Shown here in pieces: positions 12,201-25,121 of a stretch of 64,000 bases of DNA. The translations under genes were made by a program, and so were the position numbers. The DNA comes from Trichoplax adhaerens. Lineage: Eukaryota; Animalia; Placozoa. Below the pieces are notes generated by a model. The model saw nothing but the letters and a program-made list of their open reading frames with translations. It searched no databases and had not been told where the DNA came from. The stretch lies in assembly GCF_000150275.1 (NCBI RefSeq), contig NW_002060948.1, forward strand, positions 2,658,180 through 2,722,179, read 5' to 3'. Every line of letters begins with the position of its first letter. The first letter of the stretch is position 1.

Positions 12201-15163
12201 TTGGCTCGATATTGATAAAAAGTTTTCAGAAAGGTAAGCTGGTATTATCTTAGTCGACTCCGCGAAATCGTTATACTGGCTAGTAATATCATAATTGCCT
12301 TTATTTATACATTGATAGTACTTGTCGGAAAGCTATCTCCGTAGCTTTAGACTGCTATGAGAAGAACCTACCAGAACAGTACAATTATGCCTTTCATCAG
12401 AAGCAGGTAAAATAAAGTGTAGTTAAGATATCATAAAATCAGTTATGCCTTTGTAATTTAAAGCCCTAAGTAACAAGGCAACCTGGCTTTAGATTATCTA
12501 AAAGTTTCTTACTATATTCAGCTCGCGACTAGCATTAATACGCTTAGTCAACTTGCTCTCGGTCCTTCATTTCCATCTTACGTTCAACAATTGGAAAAAG
12601 ATTGTGAAAAGGTAAATAATGAATTACAGTTCTTAGTATTACACATGCGATGCGTTCTCAGTTATCTTGTTGATAATAATTTTTTAGATCTGGAAAAATG
12701 GAAGACAAAGTTGTGAGATATTAAGCCTGACTGGAAAGCAATGCATATATCCGGTAATAATTCCTAGAATTCTTTATACAATCATTTTATTGATCTTCAA
12801 TATCATCCAGATTTGTAATTCCTAATTCGAGAAATGTGTTTAAACCCTCCAAAATAGTTACATGACTCCACAGACGACAAACCAGAAACTGACGTGAGAA
12901 AAATTATACACGTTCTAAAAAACTATCCATCGTTTAACGTTCTCAACTATACATACAATTTTAGAAAGAGATAAAACAGCGAAAATTTCGCCAAAGTAAA
13001 AATCTACCTCAAAAAAGGGCACATTCTAGTAATTATTGGTATATAAGTGCTTGTAACTGTGGAGAGACAATAGCAAAACGTCCAGATCCGTTCGATATCA
13101 AGGTTTGATATTAAAGTTTCATATTTATGCAAATGACAATGATATCTTATTAAACTTTCTTATACTCGTGCTTTCTTTCTAACTACAGGTTGCTAATTGT
13201 ACATTCTATCAAATGCTGGAAAAGAAATGTTGCAGCATATTCCCTCATATATCCTTTCCTGTCAACGTCGATAGTAATTCTCACGAAGAACAATCGATTG
13301 ATGATCATGGTATAAGTTATATTCATTCTTAAAGAATATCTTACCTCGTTCTAATTTACAAAATTTAAGAGAGAAGTAGTAATATTCTCTAAGAACTAAT
13401 TGATTACCGAGATAACAATCAAATACATTTTTTATTTCTATGCAGCTATGGAAATAGAAGAAATTAGTGCTGCCACCTCTAGTAAAAACAATGCAGACTC
13501 CTCTAATGGAGTAGCGGATGACCCTACGCTTGACGGATTAGATACTACAACTGCTATTGGACAAAATTCAGGTCCTCTTTTGATAATTTTCTCCCTGCAG
13601 TAGAAAAGTGTTACAAAATCTAACACAAACAACGATCAAAATCGTCATGAAATATTATCATTTAACGAAAATTCTGATTAAATATGCTTCACAAATAGAA
13701 TTTTCTTCATCTCCATCACCTGCTCCTGCCGCCAATTTAGTTTCTATGAAAATTGAACCGGATAATTGTAAAAAGGACGGAGAGTCATCCAATTCGATCA
13801 TTATGTTCACAATTAATACTCCAGCTGGGTATCTTCCTCGGTTTTCGTCTTGGTCCTTATGCCGCCTAGGCGATAATAATATATACAAAGCGAGCAAAGG
13901 TCACCATTTTAACAGGACTACGATGATATTATAAAGTATGCCTTACATTCAGACTACAGTATTAACTGTTTTCTATTTTTTCTACTGAAGGCCTCTTCCA
14001 ATCTGGATTTCTACCTGGTACTAATTTTCTCTGTCCATGGATAATTTCCCGTAGCGTTTTGTTAGCTAGTGATCCTTTCGAGAGTACACATGGTAATATT
14101 GTGAGAGCAAAATATTAATGCATCAATACTTGCATATGAACAAATAAAATTTTTATGCTACTATATGTTCACTAGAATTATTTTTCTTTCGAATGATAGA
14201 ACAATTTCCTACCATCGCTGAAAATAGAGGAAAATCAAGTGGAAGATACAAGAAAGGTATTTCCCGTAAATGATTTGATAAAACAACTACTCGTTATCAG
14301 ATCTTTTTTACGAAAAATTTTTAACTATTTTCTAACCAGAAAACAGCGTGAAAGCCTATATAGGCATTGAATATGAATGTCCTCACGGTGACCGGTAAAG
14401 ATTCTGTTATCTTTTATTCATTTTCTTATTAAATCATTTACTATAAAATTGATTCAATCTATAGCTTTTTTTACGCTGGTTCGAACAAAGTAATTAGAAG
14501 CAGCAACAATCTGAAGGTTTAGCATAATCAAATTATACATATTAATAATACTATGAGAATTTTAAAGCTGTCATTTAATTTTAATATTATGTATTTGCTA
14601 CAAAGGAAATAGCTTCTAAACTTACAAGCTCAGAATTACCGCTGTATTTTCCCTGCCCTTGCGGGTCCGCTGCGTATTTAGTCATCTTTTATACTCTAAT
14701 AGAGTAGGTCAACAACCTAACCACTGCAATATTTTGTTTTCTATTAAAATAGGCAAAGAAGTAGCAAAACTGTCTTTGCTCAGTGTATGCGCATTTATGT
14801 CGCATCCCCTATGGACAGCGATATCCGAGTTATTTTAAGACCATTCATTCAGCCAGGTACAGATCATCGTCTGGTATTTTATAGTGGATTTAGCCAAGGA
14901 ATTAGCCTACCTCCCAATGGTTTATGGTGTTTGCGCTTGCCGTATGTCCTAATTTCATTAGTACACTTCATTTTAACATAATCCACATATTGAAATGTAT
15001 CTTTAACATTGATGTCATTTATGTCAGTTTCGTTTACGGTACAGAAAATGAAACCATCTATCCGCCTACAGATCCGAAAACACCAAGTAAGGGCCGTATT
15101 TTGAAAGGCTTATTTCACATCACAGCGATTGTTTCCGATACCTCCCAAAATGGCAAAGGCTAG
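9272..15163 (+). CDS. SMG8: Nonsense-mediated decay factor SMG8, roughly 27 exons
   Basis: Exons give DEICVVSIIGKT, CTPRLLFIFH, HSSNYWYISACNCG...RPDPFDIK|VANCTFYQMLEKKCC, LPRFSSWSLCRLG, GFLPGTNFLCPWII, AYIGIEYECPHG, AQCMRIYVASP, ISLPPNGLWCLRLP, all characteristic of SMG8. Start ATG 9272 is inferred (phase-2 splice to 9440); stop at 15161-15163. Confidence 0.9.
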
Positions 15164-17860
15164 CTAAGTATTAATGAGAATTTAAAGGCAATTCCAACGT
15201 TAAGTGTTTGATAGACATTCCAGAATGAAAATCGAATAGGCGTCACTACTAGTTTAAACGCTAGTAAGGACATATTCGACTACAGATGAAAAATACAGCA
15301 TGAAGCACTTGAAGATGATTGGTGCAATTTACTTTGTGCAATCTCCTTCCTTATCATTTCAACTCTGCTGCAACTAGCCGTATTCCATTATTATCATGTA
15401 AACATAAACGATATTATTTTGAGACCTACTAATCTTTCAATGATTGTGTATGTATCCAAATTGAAAGAAATTTGTGATTGCGATAATTTATTTATCAGGT
15501 AACAGCTACAATATAATGATTGTTTATGTTTCTATGGGAGCTTGTTGATTAAAAGGTGACAATACGGTATATCATAGTTCAAATTCAGGAATGTTTATAA
15601 AGATTGGCATTGATACCATATTATATACTTCTGTAATAATTAGAATTACTATTCATATTTTATAACCATTCTTTTGAAAATTTTCAACCAAAGCAGCTAT
15701 GTAAGATGTAAAGAGCTGCTGGAGATAAAGTTTATAACGTTTCTTATAAGTAGCGGTGCAGATAGAATAAATATAGTTACGTCCACAAACTTCATGTGGT
15801 TCGCCGATATAATTGATTAATCATGAGTACATACGCATACGTCAATGCAGTTATGCATTCCCGTACCCTGAGCGTGTAAAGTTTCCAAATTTTTTTGTCC
15901 GTTCATCATCTGGTGGAAATCAACCCGACATACATCGAAACCATCAGGCACGGCGTATGGTGGTGTTTTAAACACGATTTCTTACTCTGCTTATATCTGG
16001 TATACATAAGGAGGTTTCTCTAGAAGGTACCACTAATAGCAGTATGGAAAGGTCAATGGAATGATATAAACATATTACAAAGGTGTCTAAATATACAAGT
16101 AATTACCCCTTCCATTACCGTACTAGCCAGAGATTTTTTTTCCCCAGCTAATAATACTATACTGTACTTCGAACTGGATCTTCTACTACTGTACTTATCA
16201 GCACAGTATCGCAAGATAATTTTGCAGTAGTAATAAATTTCCCCCACTTTATAGAGCCTTTATCCCGCATTCCAAATCAAACATCAATTGACAAGAAGCT
16301 ACCATTAAAGTGATTCAATTTTATCTTATTATGAAAAAAGTAAAATACTGTAATAGACATCTTATTACTGTTGTAGTTTATGTTTACATTGTTTTCCTAC
16401 AATAGCTATACCACGGTGTCTATCTAGGTATAGTCAATAGATATTCAATCTTATAATGTCCATTTTCTTTATACAAGTACAGTGCAGTAGATTACATTAC
16501 TAGCCTAATCCTTTTGTTTGTTCGTTATACTGTACTTCGCACACCTTTTTACCGAATAGATGCATGTATCATATTGAATGGCTTAAACTGTACCTTAATT
16601 GCATGCCAAAAGCTATACAGTACAGTCAATGCCATTAGGCAAGCTCAAATTATATATATAATTATAGTAAAGGTATACCTAACAATTTTCGATCTACCGT
16701 ACTGCTTGTACACTGTAAGCCGGACCAGATTAGGCCCAATCAGACTACTACCAGCTGATTTTTGTCCTTTTTTAATTTTTTCGACATTACCCCCTAAAAT
16801 TAATAACTTGCCCATGGTATTTTTCAGGGTTGGGGAAAAGTACAAATTAATTAACTGGTGGCCTAGTTCTAGACTCTTCAGCACAGTACTACAAAGTGCA
16901 GTCTACTGTACAGTAAACCGTCCAATTTTACAACAGTATTGTTGTGCAAATTCTTTCGATAATTACAATTGGTAAACATGCTCAAGCAAAATTTTATCCT
17001 AGCAATTTTGATAATTGTTTACTTTCTGATGCGCGTATAATACGGAAGGCTATTTGGGGAGACATTGTACGTACATAGAAGCAAATTATCAGCTCGATTT
17101 ATGTTGTCTCCAAGATCGTGTATGTATCTGGACTACAAACTCGCCTAATATTATTAGACCTTGTGAACTTCCTTAAATTAAGTTTTGCAATTTGTGTTCT
17201 ACAGTAGTACAGTATAGAACTGTAGATTAATTAACTATTCATTCTACTGTCTATTTTAATGAATGCAGTACTTCGGTACACTTTGTGCAGCCGGCTATTG
17301 CTGGCATAATTTAGGTATATAGCGCTGTCAGTGATGCATATGCACTAGTTGTGAGTGGACAACATCGTTGCCATACAGCCGATGCCGGAAGCCTCCTACA
17401 TTCATATTTTCAAAAATCACAAAAGAAATTTCTAACCTTTAGAGTAGTTTCCGTTAGTAGAGTTCAGTATAGGATTTGTATACTTTTCTAGCCGTTGTAT
17501 TAGCCCCTTGTCAATTGGGCCAAAACAACAAAAGAAATTGTCCACTTCTCCTGCTCTTTCTCACTCATTGGCCGCTCGATGATAGAAATCGAAGCTTTTA
17601 ATTGCGGAGTTTGCCATATTCCTTTATTCCAATGCCATCATAAAAGCCAAGATGCTCATTGAGTTCACTTTCATGCGGTCATGATGCTATTCCATCGTTC
17701 TATCGACTATTATTGATTAGTTGACTAGGAATAAATGCAGTAAATACAATCAATATTGTACAGTACAGTAACTATAAGATTACGCCAAAGCCGGCAATAA
17801 TTTATTCAGATTCATAACAGCCATCTAAAAATCGACACTCAAGTAGAATTATTTCATCGA

Positions 17861-20270
17861 ATGACTATGCGCCCTTCTCGTCAACGACCATCAAGTGGTA
17901 ATAGTACCAGCTTGAATATCAATGATATCCATCGTAGCGATCGTAATACTGGCAGTAGTGATAATAGCGACAGCAGCCGAGATAGCAATGATACCAATAA
18001 TAACAGTTTTAGCTCAGATAGCCCTGAAAATATCATCAACAAAAGCGACGAAGTAATGGATGTTTTAATTCATCATGGTATCCATCATACTAATCAAGCA
18101 TTCAGTGCTATTGGCCAAATGAAGAGTCGAGATGAATTATGCGACGTTGAATTAATCGTCGATGGTAATCGTTTAAAAGCACATAAATTGATCTTGGCTT
18201 CATTTAGTCCATACTTCCATGCCATGTTTACCAGTCAATTAGCAGAAAGTCAATCCAATACTGTAACATTGCATGATATTGATTTTGAAGCTCTAAAAAC
18301 TTTAGTCGATTATACTTATACTTCGGTCATCGATATCAACCAACATAACGTCCAGGTAGGTTCTACTCTGCTCAACTTATTCTTATCAATGTCGAAGATT
18401 AATACTGTGCATGCCTATCGTCTCTTGAATGAATTACTGTAAATAGTATAGCAATGAAGCTTCAGCTTTAGTTAACTGGCGATCAATTCTACTGTATAGA
18501 TATTATTATTGTTTATTATGTATCTACGATACAGAACATGGAAAGTAATGGTCTAATAGAATGATCACATCAGCATATTACTACAGTACAGTATATCAAA
18601 TTAATTGCTATAAATTGAAATAATATTGTGCACGTTGCAAACTCTAATTGAGGTTGATGAGTATAATCTACTATTCAAGAAGAATTTGTATACTGTACCA
18701 CTCTAGTCACAAATTTTTGTACGATAAAAGTGGTAAAATACTCTTGTCAATGTATCTAATTTAATATTACAAATTATATATTAGTAACGTTTTTTCGATA
18801 AACCTTTTCCTGCTTGATACGCGTGTATCTTTAAATTAACTTGACTATTTACTATAATATTTGTTTATATAGGTATTGCTATCCACTGCTAGCATGCTGC
18901 AAATGAATTGTGTACGTGATTCCTGTTGTAAATTTTTAAAAACACAGCTCCATCCTTCAAATTGCTTAGGAATAATAGCCTTTGCTGATACTCACTCTTG
19001 TAATGAACTGCATCAGCTATCACATGAATTTGCCCTTGGACATTTTAAAGAAGTTATTCAAAGCGAAGAATATGTTTTATTATCTTATAATCAAGTTGAA
19101 AGTTTAATTAGCTCAGATGTCATGAATGTAGACAGCGAAGAATGCGTCTTTCAAGCTGTCATGTCGTGGATAGATCACGATCGAGCAAATAGGCAAAAAT
19201 ATGTCGTCAACTTAATACAACATGTTCGCCTACCACTTGTTTCACGTGATTTCCTGTTATTGCATGTGGAAACAAATGAACTTATTCGAAATTGCAATGA
19301 ATGCAAAGATTTATTAATAGAGGCAATGAGATATCAACTATGGCCAGAAAAAAGATCTCTTTATCAAAATTTTCGAACTCAATATCGTCGATTATGTGGT
19401 ACGTCAAAAGTAGCTATTAGCATTGGAGGTGGTAGCCTCTTTTCTATCCATAGCGAATGTGAAATTTATGATATTAACCGAGATAGTTGGATACCGGTAG
19501 CATCAATGGCAGAGCGCCGCGCACGTCTTGGCGTAGCTGTTATTAATAATACTGTATACGCTATCGGTGGCTATGACGGTGGTAGTGATCTTAACTCAGT
19601 CGAATGTTACTTACCCCAAACCAACACTTGGACTTTAATCCAATCGCTAGGTACTAGACGTAGTGGCTTAGGTGTAGCTGTAACATCAAACTTAATTTTC
19701 GCAATAGGTGGATATGACGGAGCTTTGTGCTTAAACAGTGTTGAAAGGTACGATCCGTTAACAAATCAATGGAGTTGTGTAGCAGACTTAAATTCTAGAC
19801 GTCGCTATGTTCGTGGAGCTACCTTAAATGATTGTATCTACGCTATCGGTGGTTTTGATGGTGGTATCCACTTAGCTAGTGTAGAATGCTATGATCTGAA
19901 CCTAAATCAATGGAAACAATCTGCGTCCATGCTAGCTCGACGTAGTAGTGCTGGTGTTACTGTTGTTGATAATATACTTTATGTGTGCGGCGGTAATGAT
20001 GGTTCTAATTGTTTGCGAAGTTTCGAAAAATATGACCCTGAAAAGGACGAATGGATTTCATTGCCACCAATGAATAGTAAAAGGAGTACTCATGATGTGA
20101 TCGCGGTCGATGGTTGGATATACGCAATTGGTGGCAACGATGGAAGTGCAAGCTTAAGTTCTGTTGAAAAGTATTCCATTGCGGCAAATAAATGGTATCC
20201 ATCATCTGCTATGAATATGCGCAGGAGCAGCGTTGGTGTTGCCTTCTGTGAGGTCCTTTTACACGAATGA
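17861..20270 (+). CDS. KLHL17: BTB-BACK-Kelch protein, KLHL17/actinfilin orthologue; two coding exons (17861-18355, 18873-20270), ~630 aa
   Basis: BTB (LCDVELIVDG...AHKLILASFSPYFHAMFT), BACK and six kelch repeats. KLHL17-type motifs GGGSLFSIHSECE, RRRYVRGATL, RSTHDVIAVDGWIYAIGGNDGS. Phase-0 GT-AG intron 18356-18872. Confidence 0.9.
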
Positions 20271-21404
20271 ACTTATGGGCTAAGAACTATGATGTTCTAT
20301 AATTTAGCTGTGAAATAACCCTGATATCAAGATACTCTCACCTGTATATTGTGAAATTTTGCTTCTCTATTCTAATTGTTGTACTGATTGAAAAAAACGC
20401 ATCTGCTCGACGATAGATAGTAAACTATAAATACGTGTTGGACTAAAGCTAACAGACTATGTACTGCATTAACAAACTACCTTAGCAATACACAACGAAT
20501 AGCTAATTAGCTCTCTAGAGTTGATTTATTTACTACGATACACGCGTTAAAGTTTATTAAGAATAACAAATTGATTCCTCGATAATAATTTATAAAATTA
20601 AAATTATTTATTGAAATATTTAAGCTTATAAATGTAGGGATAGGAAATGCCGATCATACGCGTATATCCATGTACAACGATATAATTCCTACAGTATATA
20701 AAGAAACTTCTCTACGGTCAAAAAAAAGTGTTATACACTAGCAAGGAATACCGCACCAGCGGAAAATCTCCGTTCTGTTTATCATTCACACTGATCTAAT
20801 ATCTACTTTGTAATTTTCCATGCAGGCTTTCAAGAACGACCAATTCGTGTGTCATTGTCATACAGTCGAAACATGTAATGACTCAGACGAACGATATCTT
20901 ACAGTAATTATCATTTGATCCCATGCAATAAAATGAACTGTTCAAGACCGACAAGACTTTTCGTTATCTTTGTTACATGTATCAACAACTTCTATCGACA
21001 CCAAAAAAATGTCCCTGTTGTCAATTGTAGCAACGTAAGGATGATTGCATATTTATTGATAAGAAGTCATAAATTATAACAAAATTGCAATTTTTGTATT
21101 ATTACCAAGAAAAACTAGTCTACTCCGTAAATCCTTCCCTGCAGATAAGTTACTATTACATATTTGTTGTAATATCATTAACATTAACAGTTGCTACATC
21201 AATACATGAAGATAGCTAATATAAAATAAACTAAGGCAAGAATTGACAAGGTTAATCAGAATTTAACAAATTATAATCCATTAGGTTTGAGGTTAAGCAA
21301 ACTTTAACATAAATCTTGGGAAAATGTAATTCTTAAATTTGCGTAAAAGATATCCATACATTTAACGCTAATAGCCCTGATATGTATAACAGAATCGATT
21401 TCAT

Positions 21405-23387
21405 TTATTTCTTCCTGTTGGGATCGGGTGCATTCTTAGCTAAAATCTCGTCCCTGTCAACATAAAAAGAGACAGTAGTACCTTATAGCATTACGTAAAC
21501 ATATTACGAGATGTAATACCATAGGAACGCAAACTTACAACAAATTGAAGTCACTGTCAGATAAGTTTAGCAACAGCGAATTGGCATTCAAGTATACGCG
21601 ATTTTGGGATTGTGAAATCTGTTAGAGAAGCCAAATCAATCATCTATAGCTAATTACCGTACAATATGCTCATTGATTATGAAAAGAATTACAGCTACTA
21701 CATACAGTTTTAGCCACACTTTGAGCAGCCCTAATTTTTCGCAATTTAAGATAACCAGGATTTTCCTTCATCGCTTGACCGATGTGCAAAGTGTCAAGGT
21801 TTAATAATTCTTAAAGATTAATGTTACATCATCGCGCTACAAATCCATCTACAGTTAGCAAGTGGATCTTAATATAGTACAGAAAGGATATCAATTTTGC
21901 AGAAGCAGCTTCTCCTTCCGCTTGAACTACTTTTTGTTGTCTATCTTGCTTAGCTTTCTCTACAATGAATTGAGCTCTTTGAGCTTCTTGTTGAGCAACT
22001 TGTTTAGCCTCAACAGCGGCAGCGTATTCTTTACTGAAACTCAGATCAGTTATCGACACATCATCAAGAATAATGTTGAAGTCTAAAGCCCTGTCTGTCA
22101 ATAATTTGTACACCAACATACTGACCTACAGTAAAACAATATTGAAATTTTTACTGAAGTTAATCGATTTATTACGACTTTAAAAGCTATAATAAAAAAA
22201 TAGATGTAAGTATCTCTATCTACTTATACGTAGTAGAGACTGTATACATTATATTTACGTACTTGAGAACGCTGAGTAATAAGTTGAGATGCGTTAAATT
22301 TAGCTACGACGCTTTTCAATACCTGCAAGCATCAGCAAATATGGAGTAAATTAGGATTTTATATTAGACTTCTTAGTCACTAAGCAAATCTGTAGTACAT
22401 AAATTATAAAAAATTATTCATACCTCATTGCAAATCGATGGCAATATTCTCTCATCATAGTCGACACCTAATCTCTGATACATTGCAGGTAATTTATCGG
22501 ATAATGGTCTTGAAAGTACACGAAGACTGATGTTGACCATCTGCAGATCTAAATCAGCAAGAATTATCCAATGTAATATGATAATTTCAAAAGTATAGCC
22601 AGATATGCATCATGTATGTATGTATGGCACAATTATTACCTTTACTACCAGTTAAAGATGTTATTCGACGAGGCTTGGATCGAATATCGTAGATGATAGG
22701 ATATTGAAACCATGGTATCCTGTTAATACGACACATATGCGTAGGTCATGTACTGTACTTAGTCCCAAGCGTCCGAGTTTACTACAGTATTACTTTTGCT
22801 TTATTGACGAGAAGAGGCTAATCAATCAATTTTAATTTCATATATTCAAACCGTACCTAAAGTGTAGACCTTCATTATAAATAGTCTCTTGGATACCGCC
22901 AATTCTGCTAAACATAATTGCTCTATGACCACCTTCCACTATTGATAAAAAGTTGAAATGAGACCATAAGATGTTGCGTAATACGAAGTAATCAAGAGGT
23001 AGAGTAGTGGCACGTTCACTTGTTGTAAACTGTAAATTACGAAGCTGTACGATTATAATCTATTTCCTATCCTAACATCTTGGTGAATACTGTACTACAC
23101 GGGATTAAACTTAGTTGTCAATACAGTGGAAACGACAATCAATGCAACTATTGGAAATGCGGCATGTCCCTACGCAGCTACAGTGATGTCACGATGCATC
23201 TGAACAGACCCGTAGGTTAGCGATGATCAAGGAAAGATCATCCCTTGTAGTGAAAAGTACCTGTAAATATTGACTCCTTGACGCCATAACCTAGAATTCC
23301 TGCACCAATTAACAATCTCATGCCAGTACCGAAGCCCTTTGGCATGCTTGATAAGCGACCAGCCATATCCCTAATATTTTTAGCCAT
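21405..23387 (-). CDS. PHB2: Prohibitin-2 (SPFH domain)
   Basis: [12 protein letters not shown]...YGVKESIFT|[15 protein letters not shown]...[17 protein letters not shown]...[15 protein letters not shown]...[22 protein letters not shown]...[15 protein letters not shown]...[16 protein letters not shown]; stop TAA at 21407-21405. Confidence 0.97.
21784..21891 (-). other. U12-type (minor spliceosome) AT-AC intron in PHB2, 108 nt
   Basis: Minus strand: ...GCA AAA TTG|ATATCCTTTC...AAACCTTGACactttgcAC|ATC GGT CAA GCG ATG. Removal restores [18 protein letters not shown] in frame; the branch motif lies about 10 nt from the 3' end. Confidence 0.93.
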
Positions 23388-23469
23388 GTTGGACAGAAAA
23401 GCGAATTTGATTTGGCTTGAAAGTTCAGCACGAGTGAAGAGTAGACCAGCAAAGTGTGCAGACCGCTGC

Positions 23470-24000
23470 CACAGTACCTTATCCAGTACTGTACACTGTA
23501 CACTGTACACTACTGTACAACACTGTACTGTACCGTACTGTACAGTATGCAGTAGTACGTACTGTACAGTACAGTATCGTACTCCATCTACTGACCCATG
23601 AAGCTGATGGAGGGGTACAGTACACACTACACTGATCCCACACCATGCAATGTACTGTACACTGTACATTGTATTTTTACTGCGTAAGCATCAACGCTAC
23701 GACATCGCACATGTACGTCAGGTCTACATGCACGTCAGGTCGACTGCACTCATACGGCCAACAACCTTTTCACTGCGCAGTCACTGTACTGTACAGTGCT
23801 GTGCTGTACTGTACTGTACTGTACGTCTGATGCAATCTTCAGTGAGATTGGAGGATGAAAAGTGGCGTACTGTACTGTACAAGTGTACAGTACTGTAAAG
23901 TACTGTACTGTACTGGACGCATCTCTAGCATACTGTATACAGTACAGTACTATACACAGTACTAAGGTCACCGATGACGATTAAAACCTGTACGTACTGA
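23470..24000. repeat. Dense CAGTA/TACTG palindromic repeat patch in the PHB2/CENPS divergent interval
   Basis: cagtactgtacactgtacactgtacactactgtacaacactgtactgtaccgtactgtacagta...ctgtactgtactgtactgtac; a further patch at 24360-24400 (tactgtactgtacagtacagtacagtactgtag). Confidence 0.9.
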
Positions 24001-25121
24001 CTGGACAGACGAGAGTACGCCCTTGTAGGACCTTGTACTGCACTCCATTTTGGCATAGTTTTGACCTAGCTATACTCAGTGTAAAAAAAGAAAGAAAGAA
24101 AGAGAGTAGGCCTTGGCCAGGGAACTATGTACTCAAAATAAAATAATAATAAGGGGACTTAGTGTAAATGAATCATTTTACCGTACTGGACAAAAACCAG
24201 CCAAGCGGCCGATGGAACGAGATTGCGCATACCGTACTTCATCAAGGATTGCAGACCACTGCTTGACGGTACCGTAACGTATCGTTTCACGATACGGTCC
24301 AGTTGAGATGACCAGCAAAATAATGCAGTCAGCCCCACCCCCTACAGTATTTGGTATTTGGTACATGTACTGTACTGTACAGTACAGTACAGTACTGTAG
24401 ATTCCTCGCTCGTCCTGCTTTGCATGCATGACGGCATGATAGAGGAAGGTGTGGAAAACTTTTTTGCAATTTTAGGCGTGATGAATCGGCCTTATGTCTA
24501 CAGTAGTTTACTTTACTTATTGCTCTCTTCATAGTGTATAACAGTACCATGGTAGTGTTGAGGACTGTTAGAAGAAAAGTTTTTTTCTCGTAGTCCATGA
24601 CAGCACATTGAACTTAATACTGACTGTGCTGGAGTCCCTGCCTTGGCTATAGGACTATAAAGAAGTCAGATCAACTGTATCATTTGTATATGATATAGTA
24701 TAAGAAAAAACGACAGTAACTGCAATCTGCAAATTATATTAATTATATTAATTAATAATCTTCATTGAGGTACACAGTCATAGGACTGCACACTCAGTAC
24801 TTACTCTATCAATAGTCAGTACATTACACAAACAACTTACCTTTTAATCAATCAATTTATTTATTGTCCATGTACTATTACAGCCCTTCTAAATATTATT
24901 TTATCATCATCGATTAATATAAGTCACGGGCAATGCTTTACGTAGTATGATAGTGATCATAGAGGAAAATACAGTAGGTCGCATCGACTAATGCCACACA
25001 ATTGTCAAAGTTTACAGCTGGATTGAGCTCAATAATGCAGTAAATATCATTTGTTGTTATACTGCAATATCACAACGGCAAAGGACTGCAACAATCCAAT
25101 TCTAACCCCATCAATGACACT

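Noticed and set aside
13248-13258. ATATCCTTT as a second U12 donor in SMG8
   Set aside because: It lies inside a conserved coding exon (KCCSIFPHISFPV) that ends at a normal GT donor
22940-23260. Possible intronic sno/scaRNA in PHB2 intron 1 (small hairpin at 23222-23242)
   Set aside because: No convincing C/D or H/ACA box arrangement on the sense strand by eye; an Infernal search would be needed
23238-24598. Many overlapping ORFs rich in STVQY/YCTVL
   Set aside because: These are translations of the CAGTA/TACTG repeat, which lacks stop codons; only the part from the ATG at 23387 is PHB2. The same applies to ORFs at 30998-32170 and 35319-35761.
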